Assembly (NCBI GenBank): GCA_035306725.1
Contig: DATGNN010000472.1
Coordinates: 1-51,282 of the forward strand
Origin: Chitinispirillaceae bacterium
Lineage (GTDB): Bacteria > Fibrobacterota > Chitinivibrionia > Chitinivibrionales > Chitinispirillaceae
DNA length: 51,282 nucleotides
Reading direction: 5' to 3'
This document shows, piece after piece, positions 20,795 to 30,448 of this stretch. The position numbers and the translations under genes are program-made. The notes beneath the pieces are model-generated. The model was not told the DNA's origin. It saw nothing but the letters and a program-made list of their open reading frames with translations, and made no database searches. Position 1 is the stretch's first letter. Every line of letters starts with the position of its first letter.

Positions 20795-21082
20795 ATGGCT
20801 CTTGAAATACCAAATATTATTGATTGTAATGCTAAAAATTGTGTTTATAATAAGCAAAATCAATGCCATGCATTTGCCATAACAGTCGGGGATGAAGAGC
20901 CGCGATGTGATACTTATTGCAGTTCTCAGGTAAAAGGTGGTATCAGTGAGGTTACAGGCAAAGTAGGTGCCTGTAAAGTATGTGATTGTATTCACAACAA
21001 ATCTTTTGAATGCACCGCCCAAGGAATCCACATTACCATTAATCATGGCACGCCTGATTGTGCAACTTTTGAACCCCTCTGA
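20795..21082 (+). CDS. DUF1540 domain protein (two Cys-rich DUF1540 repeats)
   Basis: AAGGAG RBS. The protein has two repeats of the pattern C-x4-C-x-(Y/H)N-x5-C-x-A-x-I, each ending in C(D/A)T(Y/F). Confidence 0.8.
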   Translation: MALEIPNIIDCNAKNCVYNKQNQCHAFAITVGDEEPRCDTYCSSQVKGGISEVTGKVGACKVCDCIHNKSFECTAQGIHITINHGTPDCATFEPL

Positions 21083-21087
21083 TTTAA

Positions 21088-21107
21088 CCGGTCGGTTATC
21101 CGGCCGG
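21088..21107 (+). terminator. GC-rich hairpin after the DUF1540 gene
   Basis: CCGGTCGG pairs with CCGGCCGG (8 bp including one G-U) across loop TTAT. No U-tract follows, so this is tentative. Confidence 0.4.
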
Positions 21108-21199
21108 CACACAATTATGTACAAACCCTGGTAAAAAACTATTTTAAAAAACCAATATTTTTATTTATCATACGTATTTTTCAGTATTTCGGGTACATA

Positions 21200-21970
21200 A
21201 TGCAACAATTTTCTGCAAAGATATTCTCAAATTCAAAAATCAGCGACTGTTTCTATGAGATGGTGTTTTCCTGGAAACCCAACACAATACCTTTACCCGG
21301 ACAGTTTGTAACAATCAGAGCAGAATCCAGCACATCACCTTTACTTCGCCGTCCTTTTGCTCTGTCGGGATTTTATGAATCAAAAAATAGATGTTCTATT
21401 ATTTATCAGAAACGCGGCCCGGCAACAGCCCTGCTTGCAGGAAAATCTCCTGATGAACAAATTGACCTTATCGGCCCCCTGGGAAATCCTTTCCCAATTC
21501 CGGGTAAAAAGAATAAAGCAATCCTTATCGCAGGTGGAACTGGTATCGGCCCTGTTGTTTTTCTGTGCTCCAGATTAAAAAAAATTGATATCGAGTATAT
21601 CTCCATTTTTGGTGCAAAAACAAAGTCGTCAATTCCTGATAACCAGTTTATCAAACAAAATTTTGTAATCTGTACTGATGATGGAAGTGCTGGTTATAAG
21701 GGGACAACCACCGATTACCTGAAATCTATTTCAAATGTCATAACTTCTGATACAATCCTTTTTGCCTGTGGACCACAACCGATGCTTAAAAGTTGTAATG
21801 ATTTTGCATACTCATATAAAATACCCTGCTACGTCTCTGTTGAACAAATAATGGCTTGCGGAGTTGGTGCATGTATGGGGTGCGCAATAAAAATTACAAA
21901 AGAACCAGGTTTCGCAAGAGCATGTAAAGAAGGCCCTGTTTTTAAATCTACAGAAATTGATTGGAACTAA
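21200..21970 (+). CDS. pyrK: dihydroorotate dehydrogenase B electron-transfer subunit
   Basis: FAD/NAD-binding ferredoxin-reductase fold with RPFAL, and the C-terminal 2Fe-2S motif CGVGACMGC. It lies directly upstream of pyrD. Confidence 0.9.
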   Translation: MQQFSAKIFSNSKISDCFYEMVFSWKPNTIPLPGQFVTIRAESSTSPLLRRPFALSGFYESKNRCSIIYQKRGPATALLAGKSPDEQIDLIGPLGNPFPIPGKKNKAILIAGGTGIGPVVFLCSRLKKIDIEYISIFGAKTKSSIPDNQFIKQNFVICTDDGSAGYKGTTTDYLKSISNVITSDTILFACGPQPMLKSCNDFAYSYKIPCYVSVEQIMACGVGACMGCAIKITKEPGFARACKEGPVFKSTEIDWN

Positions 21971-22009
21971 ATTAATTGATCTAAGAATTTATCTCCGGGA
22001 TTATATTTT

Positions 22010-22915
22010 ATGAACTTGACCGTCAATATTGGAAACGGGATTTTTCACAATCCTGTATGCGTTGCTTCAGGAACATTTGGTTATGGAAGTGAATATGAAA
22101 ACCTCATAGATTTAAATAAACTGGGTGCAATTTTTACTAAAGCAGTTACTTTAGAACCCCGAACTGGAAATGAAATTCCAAGGATCATCGAAACCCCATC
22201 AGGTATTTTGAATTCCATAGGCTTGGCAAATGTTGGAGTAAAACGATTTGTTCAGGAAAAAATCTCCTTTCTTGAAAAACTCCCTTGTGCAACAGTTGTC
22301 AATGTTGCCGGTTCAACCGAAAATGAATACGTTGAAGTAATCAAAAACCTCGAAAGCTGCAAATCGATCTGGGGATATGAAATTAATGTTTCTTGCCCAA
22401 ATGTTAAGCATGGCGGACTTGCATTCGGCACCGACCCCTTTCAAATCGAACGCTTGACAAAACTACTCCGTCAGACCACATCAAAACCATTAATAATCAA
22501 ATTGACTCCAAATGTAACTGATATCACAACTATTGCAAAAGCGGCTCAAGATGGCGGGGCTGATGCTGTTTCATGCATAAACACCCTGATTGGTATGGTA
22601 ATAGACACACAAAAAAAAGCTACTGCTCTTCCAATGAAAACCGGTGGTTTAAGTGGTCCTGCAATTCGTCCGGTCGGGATTGCTTTAACATACAAAGTCA
22701 GCCGGGCAGTAAGTATTCCTGTAATAGGAATAGGCGGAATTATGAATGCAGATGATGCTATTCAATATTTTCTTGCTGGTGCATCAGCAATTCAGGTCGG
22801 CACAGGTAATTTTGTCGACCCATCAATTGCAGTAAATGTTCTTGAAGGAATAATAAAGTATTCTGAAAGAGAGAACATTAAATCAATAAGTGAATTTCAT
22901 TCTTTCATAACATAG
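22010..22915 (+). CDS. pyrD: dihydroorotate dehydrogenase B catalytic subunit
   Basis: NPVCVASGTFGYG, NVSCPNVKHGG, GGLSGPAIRP and IGIGGI are class 1B DHODH signatures. Confidence 0.92.
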   Translation: MNLTVNIGNGIFHNPVCVASGTFGYGSEYENLIDLNKLGAIFTKAVTLEPRTGNEIPRIIETPSGILNSIGLANVGVKRFVQEKISFLEKLPCATVVNVAGSTENEYVEVIKNLESCKSIWGYEINVSCPNVKHGGLAFGTDPFQIERLTKLLRQTTSKPLIIKLTPNVTDITTIAKAAQDGGADAVSCINTLIGMVIDTQKKATALPMKTGGLSGPAIRPVGIALTYKVSRAVSIPVIGIGGIMNADDAIQYFLAGASAIQVGTGNFVDPSIAVNVLEGIIKYSERENIKSISEFHSFIT

Positions 22916-22956
22916 CGTCTAATCAGCACTCATTATTTTGTAAAACACAGCCTGTT

Positions 22957-25884
22957 TTAATATACGTCAAGATACACTTCACCTGTGAGTCCTGATAATT
23001 GCGTATTCAAACCCAAAAGGTTATCAAGTGTATTTATCACATTAACAGTCAATTCATTTCTTTTTGATTCACAATAATCAGTTATATCAAACTCGACAGG
23101 ACACCAGCAACATTGTCCCAGGTATTTCTCATTAATACTTACTTCAACCGGACCAGAAACCTTAGAAAATCTCAATATCAGTTTTTTATACTCAGCCGGT
23201 ATTTCAAACGATTGACGATAAATACCAGATCCACTCATAAATGGATAACCGTAATTCGTCCATGAATCATGACTGGTAATTCCATAATGATTTTCAATTA
23301 CCCAGCCATTACTGCTTTTAGTTATGGCGAAATTACCTATAACAACAGGTGGCAACTTTAACAAACCAGAATCAAAGATATCTGCACCAGAAAATCTGGC
23401 AGAAATCCGGTTAAAACCTTTTTTTAAATTCTTGCCGATATCATACAATACAGACCGTAAACCGAAATGATAATTTTTATAAGTAAACAAAGTATTTATT
23501 TGTTCCTTATTATGTTTAAAATCGATTGATTCTTCATTAATCTTTTTGCATACCTCTGCTTTTGTACCATTAAAAAGTACTTCTATTGGTATTTCTGACA
23601 TTTCCAGCTCTCTTAAGACCAAATAACAACTTGACGGTATATCCTTTACACTGAAATATGATTCATAATATCTTGAAAACCCTCCGGATCTACGACTTAA
23701 TCCGAGTCGTAAATTCCAGACAGCAAGAGGTAAAGCATTAAAGGATCCTGGTTTGAACTCCCACTGATCTTTCAACATTATGCTGTAAAAATTATTTTTA
23801 CGATTTGATGTTACCTTTTTACGTATTTGTTTGAAGTATCCATGCATCATATTTTTATCTGCTGAAATTATTATTTGTGTACAGAGAGGTGGCACACAAA
23901 CCGGTATAATACATCTATCTTCATTTTTTTGATAGTCCTTTATTTCACAGATTTCACAATCCTTACAATTAAGTGAATAAAAAGACTTGTCATCAGGAGT
24001 TGCAAATAGTTTTACATGTTTTTTGTTTTCTGTACATGGATTGTACAGTAACCACAATTCATACTCATTACCTGTCCCGTAAGAGCAATACAGATCAGAG
24101 TCAGAACTGTCATCATGTTTATAACTTATTACTGATAAAGGTCCGAGTTCTTCTTCAAGTTCCGGCAAGGTTATCATTCTAATCTGTTTTTTTTCCCTGG
24201 CCTTTAAGGATTTTTTTACAGTTTTTGGAACTGAATCAATAAAAAGAACTCTGCCTCCATTTTTCAACAGCTTTGCAATAACAGATACAGTCTGATCAGA
24301 TAAATAAGGTATGTCAGGAATCAAAAGCATCTTGTATTTTCCGTTATACCTGCCTTTCGGCAACAAAAAATCTCCACCCGGAAGAAGAGAACATCTGTCA
24401 AGCATCTGCTCGGTTACAAAATTGAAACCTGCTCCCGATTTTTTGACAACATTCAATAACTCATTGATCTCCATAAATTTTTCTGCTGAATTATCAAATC
24501 CATCTGCAGACAAAACCCATGGTACAAGAATCGCAACTGGCCGGTCCCATCTGATATCTCTTACTACAGCATTCATCCGGGAAACATAGTTACAGAATAA
24601 TTTGATATACTTCCATTCCGGTGCCTGCTTTGAAAGACTGTAAAAGCTTTTCATCTGAAGATCAGAATCGATATTAAACAGGATTCCATTTATAAGAGTA
24701 TGGGTTGTTTCGTAATGGATTGACTTGTCGAATTCATCCTTTAACGACTGAATTATCCCGCCCTGACATAATCGGTCACACCCCACAACATCAAGTACAT
24801 TCCTCTGTTCCTGATACATAATAATATTTGATATGATATTTTTTTTAAATTGATAATTTTTCGGTTTTCTACTTGGCAATTGCAATCCTGAAACACTCTG
24901 CCATGAATTACATTCCCCTGCGATATTTTTAACAAACAACTCTTTGCCCGCATATTGTTCAGGATAAAGAATCCACTGTGTCATTCCAGTTTTGCCTGTC
25001 AGGTCATCCATCGACTTTATAATACTTTTCCTTATCATTTCATGAATGCATTCATACATCTGCATTTTAGTCATATTAGACAAATCGTAATTATCACCGA
25101 ACAATACCGGAAGACATGTCAAAAGATCCTTTTTAAATTTATTTTTAAAGGCTGAAACGATACTGTCATCCCAGGGAAAAGATTTTTTTAACTGATAAAT
25201 ATCCGGTATTTCATTTATAAAGCCCTGAAAAACAGCAGGTATATATTTCGAATATTTTTCGTAAAAACATTCAAATACCTCTGTATATACTCGCGATACA
25301 TCTGCATTTAAAATGTTTGGAATAAATTTTCCATAGCTGCTTTTTAGAAATTCTTTTTTAAATACCATTACCTGGAAGCTGCCTGAAGGCAGTTTATATT
25401 CGCAAGTAACTCCATCAGTTTTACCTTTTAATACTTTTACATTTGTTTGAACATGCTCCGGTTGACCGTCTTGAATTGCAAGAACAATATTGCAACCTGG
25501 ATCCGCCCGTTCCATTCTGAATATGCACGGACCTTTCATTTCGCTGCATTGTTCAAGAATCAGATTCTTTGCCCTCATTCTTTTTAACAGAAGTGCTGAA
25601 TCCCAAATTGCACTTTCCATAAAAGTATTAATCAACCGTATACTGATATTTAATTTTTGAGCTTTTTTCAGAACAAGGTCAAAAAGCTCAAAAAATTCTT
25701 CTGAAAAAAACTCAGGCGTCATACCACTTACAGGTTTAATTGCAAGGCCACCAAAGCCATAAGCGGCCAATGAAGAGATCTGATCAATTAATTCTCTCTC
25801 ACTTATTTTCAGATTCCAGATCCAGATTCCCCAAGGCTGGAAATCCCGATCAGGTTTTGCCAATACTGCTTTCAAATTCTTCAA
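22957..25884 (-). CDS. large cytoplasmic glycoside-hydrolase-like protein (C-terminal galactose-binding-like jelly roll); family uncertain
   Basis: TTG start with AGGAG 6 nt upstream and no signal peptide. The N-terminal QPWGIWIWNLKISERELIDQISSLAAYGFGGL resembles uncharacterised GH106-like hydrolases. The C-terminal SGIYRQSFEIP...VEVSINEKYLG resembles a GH2-type sugar-binding domain. Confidence 0.6.
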   Translation of the reverse strand: MKNLKAVLAKPDRDFQPWGIWIWNLKISERELIDQISSLAAYGFGGLAIKPVSGMTPEFFSEEFFELFDLVLKKAQKLNISIRLINTFMESAIWDSALLLKRMRAKNLILEQCSEMKGPCIFRMERADPGCNIVLAIQDGQPEHVQTNVKVLKGKTDGVTCEYKLPSGSFQVMVFKKEFLKSSYGKFIPNILNADVSRVYTEVFECFYEKYSKYIPAVFQGFINEIPDIYQLKKSFPWDDSIVSAFKNKFKKDLLTCLPVLFGDNYDLSNMTKMQMYECIHEMIRKSIIKSMDDLTGKTGMTQWILYPEQYAGKELFVKNIAGECNSWQSVSGLQLPSRKPKNYQFKKNIISNIIMYQEQRNVLDVVGCDRLCQGGIIQSLKDEFDKSIHYETTHTLINGILFNIDSDLQMKSFYSLSKQAPEWKYIKLFCNYVSRMNAVVRDIRWDRPVAILVPWVLSADGFDNSAEKFMEINELLNVVKKSGAGFNFVTEQMLDRCSLLPGGDFLLPKGRYNGKYKMLLIPDIPYLSDQTVSVIAKLLKNGGRVLFIDSVPKTVKKSLKAREKKQIRMITLPELEEELGPLSVISYKHDDSSDSDLYCSYGTGNEYELWLLYNPCTENKKHVKLFATPDDKSFYSLNCKDCEICEIKDYQKNEDRCIIPVCVPPLCTQIIISADKNMMHGYFKQIRKKVTSNRKNNFYSIMLKDQWEFKPGSFNALPLAVWNLRLGLSRRSGGFSRYYESYFSVKDIPSSCYLVLRELEMSEIPIEVLFNGTKAEVCKKINEESIDFKHNKEQINTLFTYKNYHFGLRSVLYDIGKNLKKGFNRISARFSGADIFDSGLLKLPPVVIGNFAITKSSNGWVIENHYGITSHDSWTNYGYPFMSGSGIYRQSFEIPAEYKKLILRFSKVSGPVEVSINEKYLGQCCWCPVEFDITDYCESKRNELTVNVINTLDNLLGLNTQLSGLTGEVYLDVY

Positions 25885-26345
25885 ACCAATCTCCTGCTAA
25901 AGATTGAAGCATATCTGTATCAAAAACAAACCTGAAAAACGGTTTATTTTTACTTTTTTGAGATACAAACAGCCGGATATGAATCAATTTCTATATTGTA
26001 CAATTGTAATGTTCGAATCCAGTATCCCGAATTATTCCTGCCCTGAACAATTTTCATAAATCATTCAAAATAAAACAGCTCAAACTTAAAAATTAAATTG
26101 TGTAATAAAGTTTGCCAAAAAATGCTTATGAGACACCTGCTGAAAACGAGCTCTAACTCCTGTAATATCAATTTGTTAAGTCAATTTGAAAAATATTTTT
26201 TTATTATTCAGGATAACCACTTTTAAACAATATTTCAGTTAGTTTTCTTAATGGTCTTCTATTTTTCTGAATATTTTCATATTTATTATTAGTTAAGGTT
26301 TTAAACCATACTGATAATAATTTTTATTAAATCCCAAATGAAAAT

Positions 26346-26490
26346 GATTAATTTAACATTAAATCTGTGAGAACAACACCTGGCACAAAAAGGAGATTAG
26401 AGAGTGCGGGTGTCAGATCTATCTGACCACAACGATCCAGAGCAGACATGAAACATTTATGCCAATGCACACGAAAAAGACCCGCAAAGA
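26346..26490 (+). repeat. copy C1 of the intergenic element family
   Basis: It begins GATTAATTTA. AATCTGTGAGAACAACACCTGGCACAAAAAGGAG (26362-26395) aligns with AGCCTGCGAGAGCAACACTTGGCCACAGAAAGGG of copy A. An internal helix GCGGGT/ACCCGC is also present. Confidence 0.5.
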
Positions 26491-26522
26491 AATTTTTACA
26501 TTTTAGGTAAACCTATGAAGAG

Positions 26523-26640
26523 GGATTAATTACTGGAGCTGAAAAGTTCAGTTGCAGGGTCGTTTAAATCCTTTGACTTCAGTCATATGATACCTTATTT
26601 CCCTATCACAGAGTAATAGCAGAAAAAGAACTATTCATGA
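26523..26640 (+). repeat. probable copy C2 of the intergenic element family
   Basis: GGATTAATTACTGGAGCTG aligns with GGATTAATTACCAATGAGCCTG of copy A. It also has a CTATCAC box and a tail ACTATTCATGA matching ACTATTCAGGA of copy D. Confidence 0.35.
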
Positions 26641-26683
26641 AAGAAGAAAAGGATTTTTTCAGCGAATCTGCCGAAATGTAACA

Positions 26684-27178
26684 CTAATCCCTTGATTGAA
26701 GAGCACCAAGAGCAAGGCCGATCGCCCCGCGAGCATCAAATGCCTCTTTAAAAAAAGCACTTTCAACATATCCGATTTTTTTCAGATCCCAGGTTCCCGG
26801 CAGATATACAACTGTCTTTTCAGTAGCTAAAGCGATCGAAATTTCACTAAGTGTCCCATAATTTCCGGGAAATGCAATTATTACATCTGAAGAATGCACA
26901 ACCAGAACATTTCTGGCTATACCCAACCCTGTAGGAATGGCAATATGAACATATGGATTTGCATCTGTTTTCTTAAGCCCCGGAAGAATCCCGATAACAG
27001 TACCATCATTATCGAAACACCCCTTACTGGCGGCCTCCATAATGCCACCAAGGCCACCACACACAAGAACTGCACCATTTTTAGCTATATGTGCACCTGT
27101 TTCGTAAGCAATCTTATAATCATCCTTATTACACTGAGAAGCACCTATTATACCGATAACAGGTTTCAAAACAGACAT
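26684..27178 (-). CDS. TIGR00725 / LOG-like Rossmann-fold protein
   Basis: VCGGLGGIMEAASKG and FPGNYGTLSE motifs of the TIGR00725/SLOG group. It is the last gene of the pgi operon. Confidence 0.75.
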   Translation of the reverse strand: MSVLKPVIGIIGASQCNKDDYKIAYETGAHIAKNGAVLVCGGLGGIMEAASKGCFDNDGTVIGILPGLKKTDANPYVHIAIPTGLGIARNVLVVHSSDVIIAFPGNYGTLSEISIALATEKTVVYLPGTWDLKKIGYVESAFFKEAFDARGAIGLALGALQSRD

Positions 27179-27189
27179 TCATCCTCCAT

Positions 27190-27606
27190 CTATTCACCAA
27201 TAATTTTTATCAAAACTCTCTTAGGTCGACGCCCGTCAAATTCACCATAGAATATTTGTTCCCAGGGACCAAAATCCAACCTGCCATCCGTTACAGCAAC
27301 AACCACTTCTCTACCCATGATTTGTCTTTTCAGATGCGCATCTCCGTTATCTTCAGCCCCATTATGATGATACAGAGAAACGGGCATATAAGGAGCGAGT
27401 TTTTCGAGCCATGCATCAAAATCTTTAATCAATCCGGATTCATCATCATTAATATAAACGCTGGCAGTAATATGCATTGCATTTACAAGACATAATCCTT
27501 CCTTAATACCACTTTCAGTCAAAGCATCATTAACCTGATTCGTAATATTGATATAATCACGTCTTTTACTGGTATTAAAGGTTAGAACTTTTCTGAAAGA
27601 TTTCAT
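27190..27606 (-). CDS. yjbQ: YjbQ/UPF0047 family protein (secondary thiamine-phosphate synthase type)
   Basis: 138 aa with [19 protein letters not shown] and GDAHLK, which are conserved UPF0047 blocks. It overlaps the pgi stop by 4 nt. Confidence 0.85.
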   Translation of the reverse strand: MKSFRKVLTFNTSKRRDYINITNQVNDALTESGIKEGLCLVNAMHITASVYINDDESGLIKDFDAWLEKLAPYMPVSLYHHNGAEDNGDAHLKRQIMGREVVVAVTDGRLDFGPWEQIFYGEFDGRRPKRVLIKIIGE

Positions 27607-28949
27607 AATTTCATCTCGTTTGTCTTTTCTTCAAGTTCTGTGCGTCTTTTTTCAAATCCCGCTTTTCCCAATAAAGCAAACATATTCTTCTTATATGCTT
27701 CAACACCCGGTTGATCAAATGGATTAACGCGCAGTAAATATCCGCTAATTGCAATTGCTTTTTCGAAAAAATAGAACAGTTGCCCCAATGTATCGGCACA
27801 CCGATCTTCCAGTTCAATTGTAGATACCGGAACACCGCCATCAAGATGCGCAAGAAGGGTTCCACGGTAAGCATTAATATTTATTTCTTCAAAACTTTTT
27901 CCTGCAAGGTAATTCAATTCATCACTGTCATCATCAAATTTCGGTATACAAAGAGTACGTGAAGTCTTTTTTAAAACCATGAAAGTTTCAAAAACATTAC
28001 GAACTCCCTCCTGCATCCATTGGCCGAGTGAATGAAGATCTGTAGTATAATCCAGTGCTGCAGGAAATATTCCTGTTCCGTTTTTACCTTCACTTTCACC
28101 AGCAAGCTGCTTCCACCATTCACTTATAAAATGAATCTGAGGCGCAAAAGCAGCCATTACCTCATTAGTATATCCTTTTCTAAAAAGAATGTTCCTTACA
28201 GCAGCATAATGACCAGAAAGATTATTCTCAAAATTATCTCCACAGCAAAAACTCATTGCTGTTTTTGCACCCTCAAGCAACTTGCCTATATCAATTCCAG
28301 CAGCAGCAATTGGAAACAAACCCACCGGAGTTAATACAGAAAATCTTCCACCTACATCTGAAGGGATATCAAAAGTTGTATAACCTTCCTCGTCAGCAAG
28401 CTTTCGTAATGCCCCTTTTGAGGGATCTGTAGTAGCAATTATTCTGGAAGCAGCCTCTTTTCTGCCATACCGGTTTTCCATCCATTGCCGGATAACCCTG
28501 AATGCGATACCAGGTTCTGTGGTAGTTCCACTTTTAGAAATGACATTTACAGAAATCCTTTGGTCTTTAACCAGATCAAGAAGATCAGCAATGTAGTCGG
28601 AATTTATAGAATGACCACAAAAAAGAACCCTGGGCTTTCTGGTATCTTCAAAGGTTGAGGACATATACTCAATTGCAGCACGAGCCCCCAGATATGATCC
28701 TCCTATGCCGATACAAATCAGCACATCTGTTTTCGACCTGATCTCCTCTGCTTTTTGATTTATAACTTCGACATTTTTTTTCATAGTTCGTGGGAGCTCA
28801 ATCCAACCCAGAAAATCGCTACCAGGTCCACTGCGATCCTTAAGCATTTTTTCTGCTGATGCTATTGAATTATTATATAGTTCGATTTCCTCTCTTGAAA
28901 CAAACTCACCTGAAAACTGATCATTATAAAAAATTTTCGGAGTTGACAT
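27603..28949 (-). CDS. pgi: glucose-6-phosphate isomerase (about 450-aa type)
   Basis: [13 protein letters not shown] and [12 protein letters not shown], with PGI family length and layout. Confidence 0.92.
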   Translation of the reverse strand: MSTPKIFYNDQFSGEFVSREEIELYNNSIASAEKMLKDRSGPGSDFLGWIELPRTMKKNVEVINQKAEEIRSKTDVLICIGIGGSYLGARAAIEYMSSTFEDTRKPRVLFCGHSINSDYIADLLDLVKDQRISVNVISKSGTTTEPGIAFRVIRQWMENRYGRKEAASRIIATTDPSKGALRKLADEEGYTTFDIPSDVGGRFSVLTPVGLFPIAAAGIDIGKLLEGAKTAMSFCCGDNFENNLSGHYAAVRNILFRKGYTNEVMAAFAPQIHFISEWWKQLAGESEGKNGTGIFPAALDYTTDLHSLGQWMQEGVRNVFETFMVLKKTSRTLCIPKFDDDSDELNYLAGKSFEEININAYRGTLLAHLDGGVPVSTIELEDRCADTLGQLFYFFEKAIAISGYLLRVNPFDQPGVEAYKKNMFALLGKAGFEKRRTELEEKTNEMKL

Positions 28950-29051
28950 AATCTACCTTTTGTTTAAAATTTTTAATAATAGTCTATAGTATTTTCGCCA
29001 TCAGCTTTTGTTTTAACTTATATCAAATAGAGTTGAGGAGGTAATATTTTT

Positions 29052-30446
29052 TTACAGAAATCGTTGGACCATACTTTTTTCTCTAACAGCCGGTCTTGAT
29101 ATCGACATCATAATAACACCACTTTTGAAAATAGTTACAGTGCCGGTAGACTCCGATATTGTGATTGCCAAAGCATTAGTGCAAACTGTAATCCCCGCTG
29201 CTGCTGCGTGTCTGGCACCGAAACCACCAGGCAGTGGTGGTAATTCTTCCGTTGGCGCTGGCCGCAAATAGCTTCCGGCAGATAACACAATACCGTCTCC
29301 TGTAATTATAAACGCCCCATCAATACTCGCGAACTCTTTAATTGTCTCAACCAGACCCGGATCAAGAATATTTCGTTCTGCTTCACTATATCCTCTGAAA
29401 GGATTGATAATGAGCTGGCGTACATACGCGTTTACTGTATTAGTATCACCAACCACGAAAATGGTACCTATTGGTTTTCCTTCCCTTCCTTCAACAGCGA
29501 TTTCACCAGCAAGACCAACTATTCTTTCAAGAACCTCTGGTTTTACATCAGGAGGAAGAATATTTTGTGCCGTTGAAAAGAAAAACTCGTACTCCATTGC
29601 AATGTCAATAGCTACAATGGTATCAAATACTCCATTTTTTGAATTTCCCGACAAACATACGACTCGATCCTCTCTTCCAAGTAAATTCCTTGACAAGGCC
29701 AATAAGATCCCGATTTTCATCTGTCCTGTCCTTGAAGCCGGTATTGAAGGAGCCTGAAGCAATCCAGCCACTTTTTTTTCACTAACAAGGTCGAAACGGG
29801 TTTTATTACTTGTAACAAGAATCAACTTTGGTTTTAATTTGAACTGTTCTAAAAAATCATTTTCCCGAACCGTATCAGCAAATACCATTATTGCACTGGC
29901 TTTGACATCTCTGGCCAGACTGATTGTAGAATTTATTAATGGATTAATATTCTTCTTTGTAGTAGTTTTTTGTGATTTTTCTTCATAAACACCTTTTTTT
30001 AATGAGGCAATAATATTTTTAATCCCTACACGTTCTTCATATGACAATATCTGCTCCCTGACAGCATCAGATTTGAAAAAAGCAGCCAGTTCTGAAAGGA
30101 TCTGTATTTGACGATTATTATCTGCATCATCTCTTGCAACCAGCAGGACAATAACATGGGCCAAGGCACCCCTGGCAGCATCATATTTGATACCAGCCAT
30201 ACTACGCCCTACAACTATGGCAAACTCCTCCTTTATCGGGCCTCTTGCCTGAGGAAGAGCAAGTCCCTGTCCGATAAATGTTGATGCAGATTCTTCTCTT
30301 TTTAGTATTTCATCAATTATGGTTTTCTGTTTTTTTACATCCAATGCTTTACACAAAAGCAAAGACAATTCACGGATCGCTTCAACTTTCTCTTCCGCTT
30401 TAAGCTCAACAACTGTTGGCATTACCAGATACTGTTCAAAAGACAA
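29052..30446 (-). CDS. three-domain protein: PTS-EIIA(Ntr)-like domain lacking the active His, a pyruvate-kinase-C-like middle domain, and a diadenylate cyclase (DisA_N/DAC) domain
   Basis: aa 1-150 are EIIA-2-like, with GQGLALPQARG where PtsN has GNGIAIPHGK. aa 175-285 (ASAIMVFADT...KLILVTSNK) resemble the PK C-terminal domain. aa 300-450 are DAC, with IDGAFIITGDG and GARHAAAAG. Confidence 0.8.
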   Translation of the reverse strand: MSFEQYLVMPTVVELKAEEKVEAIRELSLLLCKALDVKKQKTIIDEILKREESASTFIGQGLALPQARGPIKEEFAIVVGRSMAGIKYDAARGALAHVIVLLVARDDADNNRQIQILSELAAFFKSDAVREQILSYEERVGIKNIIASLKKGVYEEKSQKTTTKKNINPLINSTISLARDVKASAIMVFADTVRENDFLEQFKLKPKLILVTSNKTRFDLVSEKKVAGLLQAPSIPASRTGQMKIGILLALSRNLLGREDRVVCLSGNSKNGVFDTIVAIDIAMEYEFFFSTAQNILPPDVKPEVLERIVGLAGEIAVEGREGKPIGTIFVVGDTNTVNAYVRQLIINPFRGYSEAERNILDPGLVETIKEFASIDGAFIITGDGIVLSAGSYLRPAPTEELPPLPGGFGARHAAAAGITVCTNALAITISESTGTVTIFKSGVIMMSISRPAVREKSMVQRFL

Positions 30447-30448
30447 TG

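Noticed and set aside
20580-20882. 100-aa plus-strand ORF running through element copy A into the DUF1540 gene
   Set aside because: It overlaps the well-supported DUF1540 CDS (own AAGGAG RBS at 20795) in another frame. It has no RBS. The corresponding frames in the other element copies are broken by stops, so the conservation is at the nucleotide level, not the protein level.
26013-26022. GTTCGAATCC, a tRNA T-loop-like string
   Set aside because: The flanking bases cannot form a T-stem, and no acceptor or anticodon arms can be drawn. I found no tRNA gene anywhere in the window.
26379-26396. Sigma-54 promoter-like CTGGCACAAAAAGGAG in copy C1 (and TTGGCCACAG in copy A)
   Set aside because: The -12 TTGC element is missing at the required spacing, and the GG-to-GC distance does not fit in any copy.
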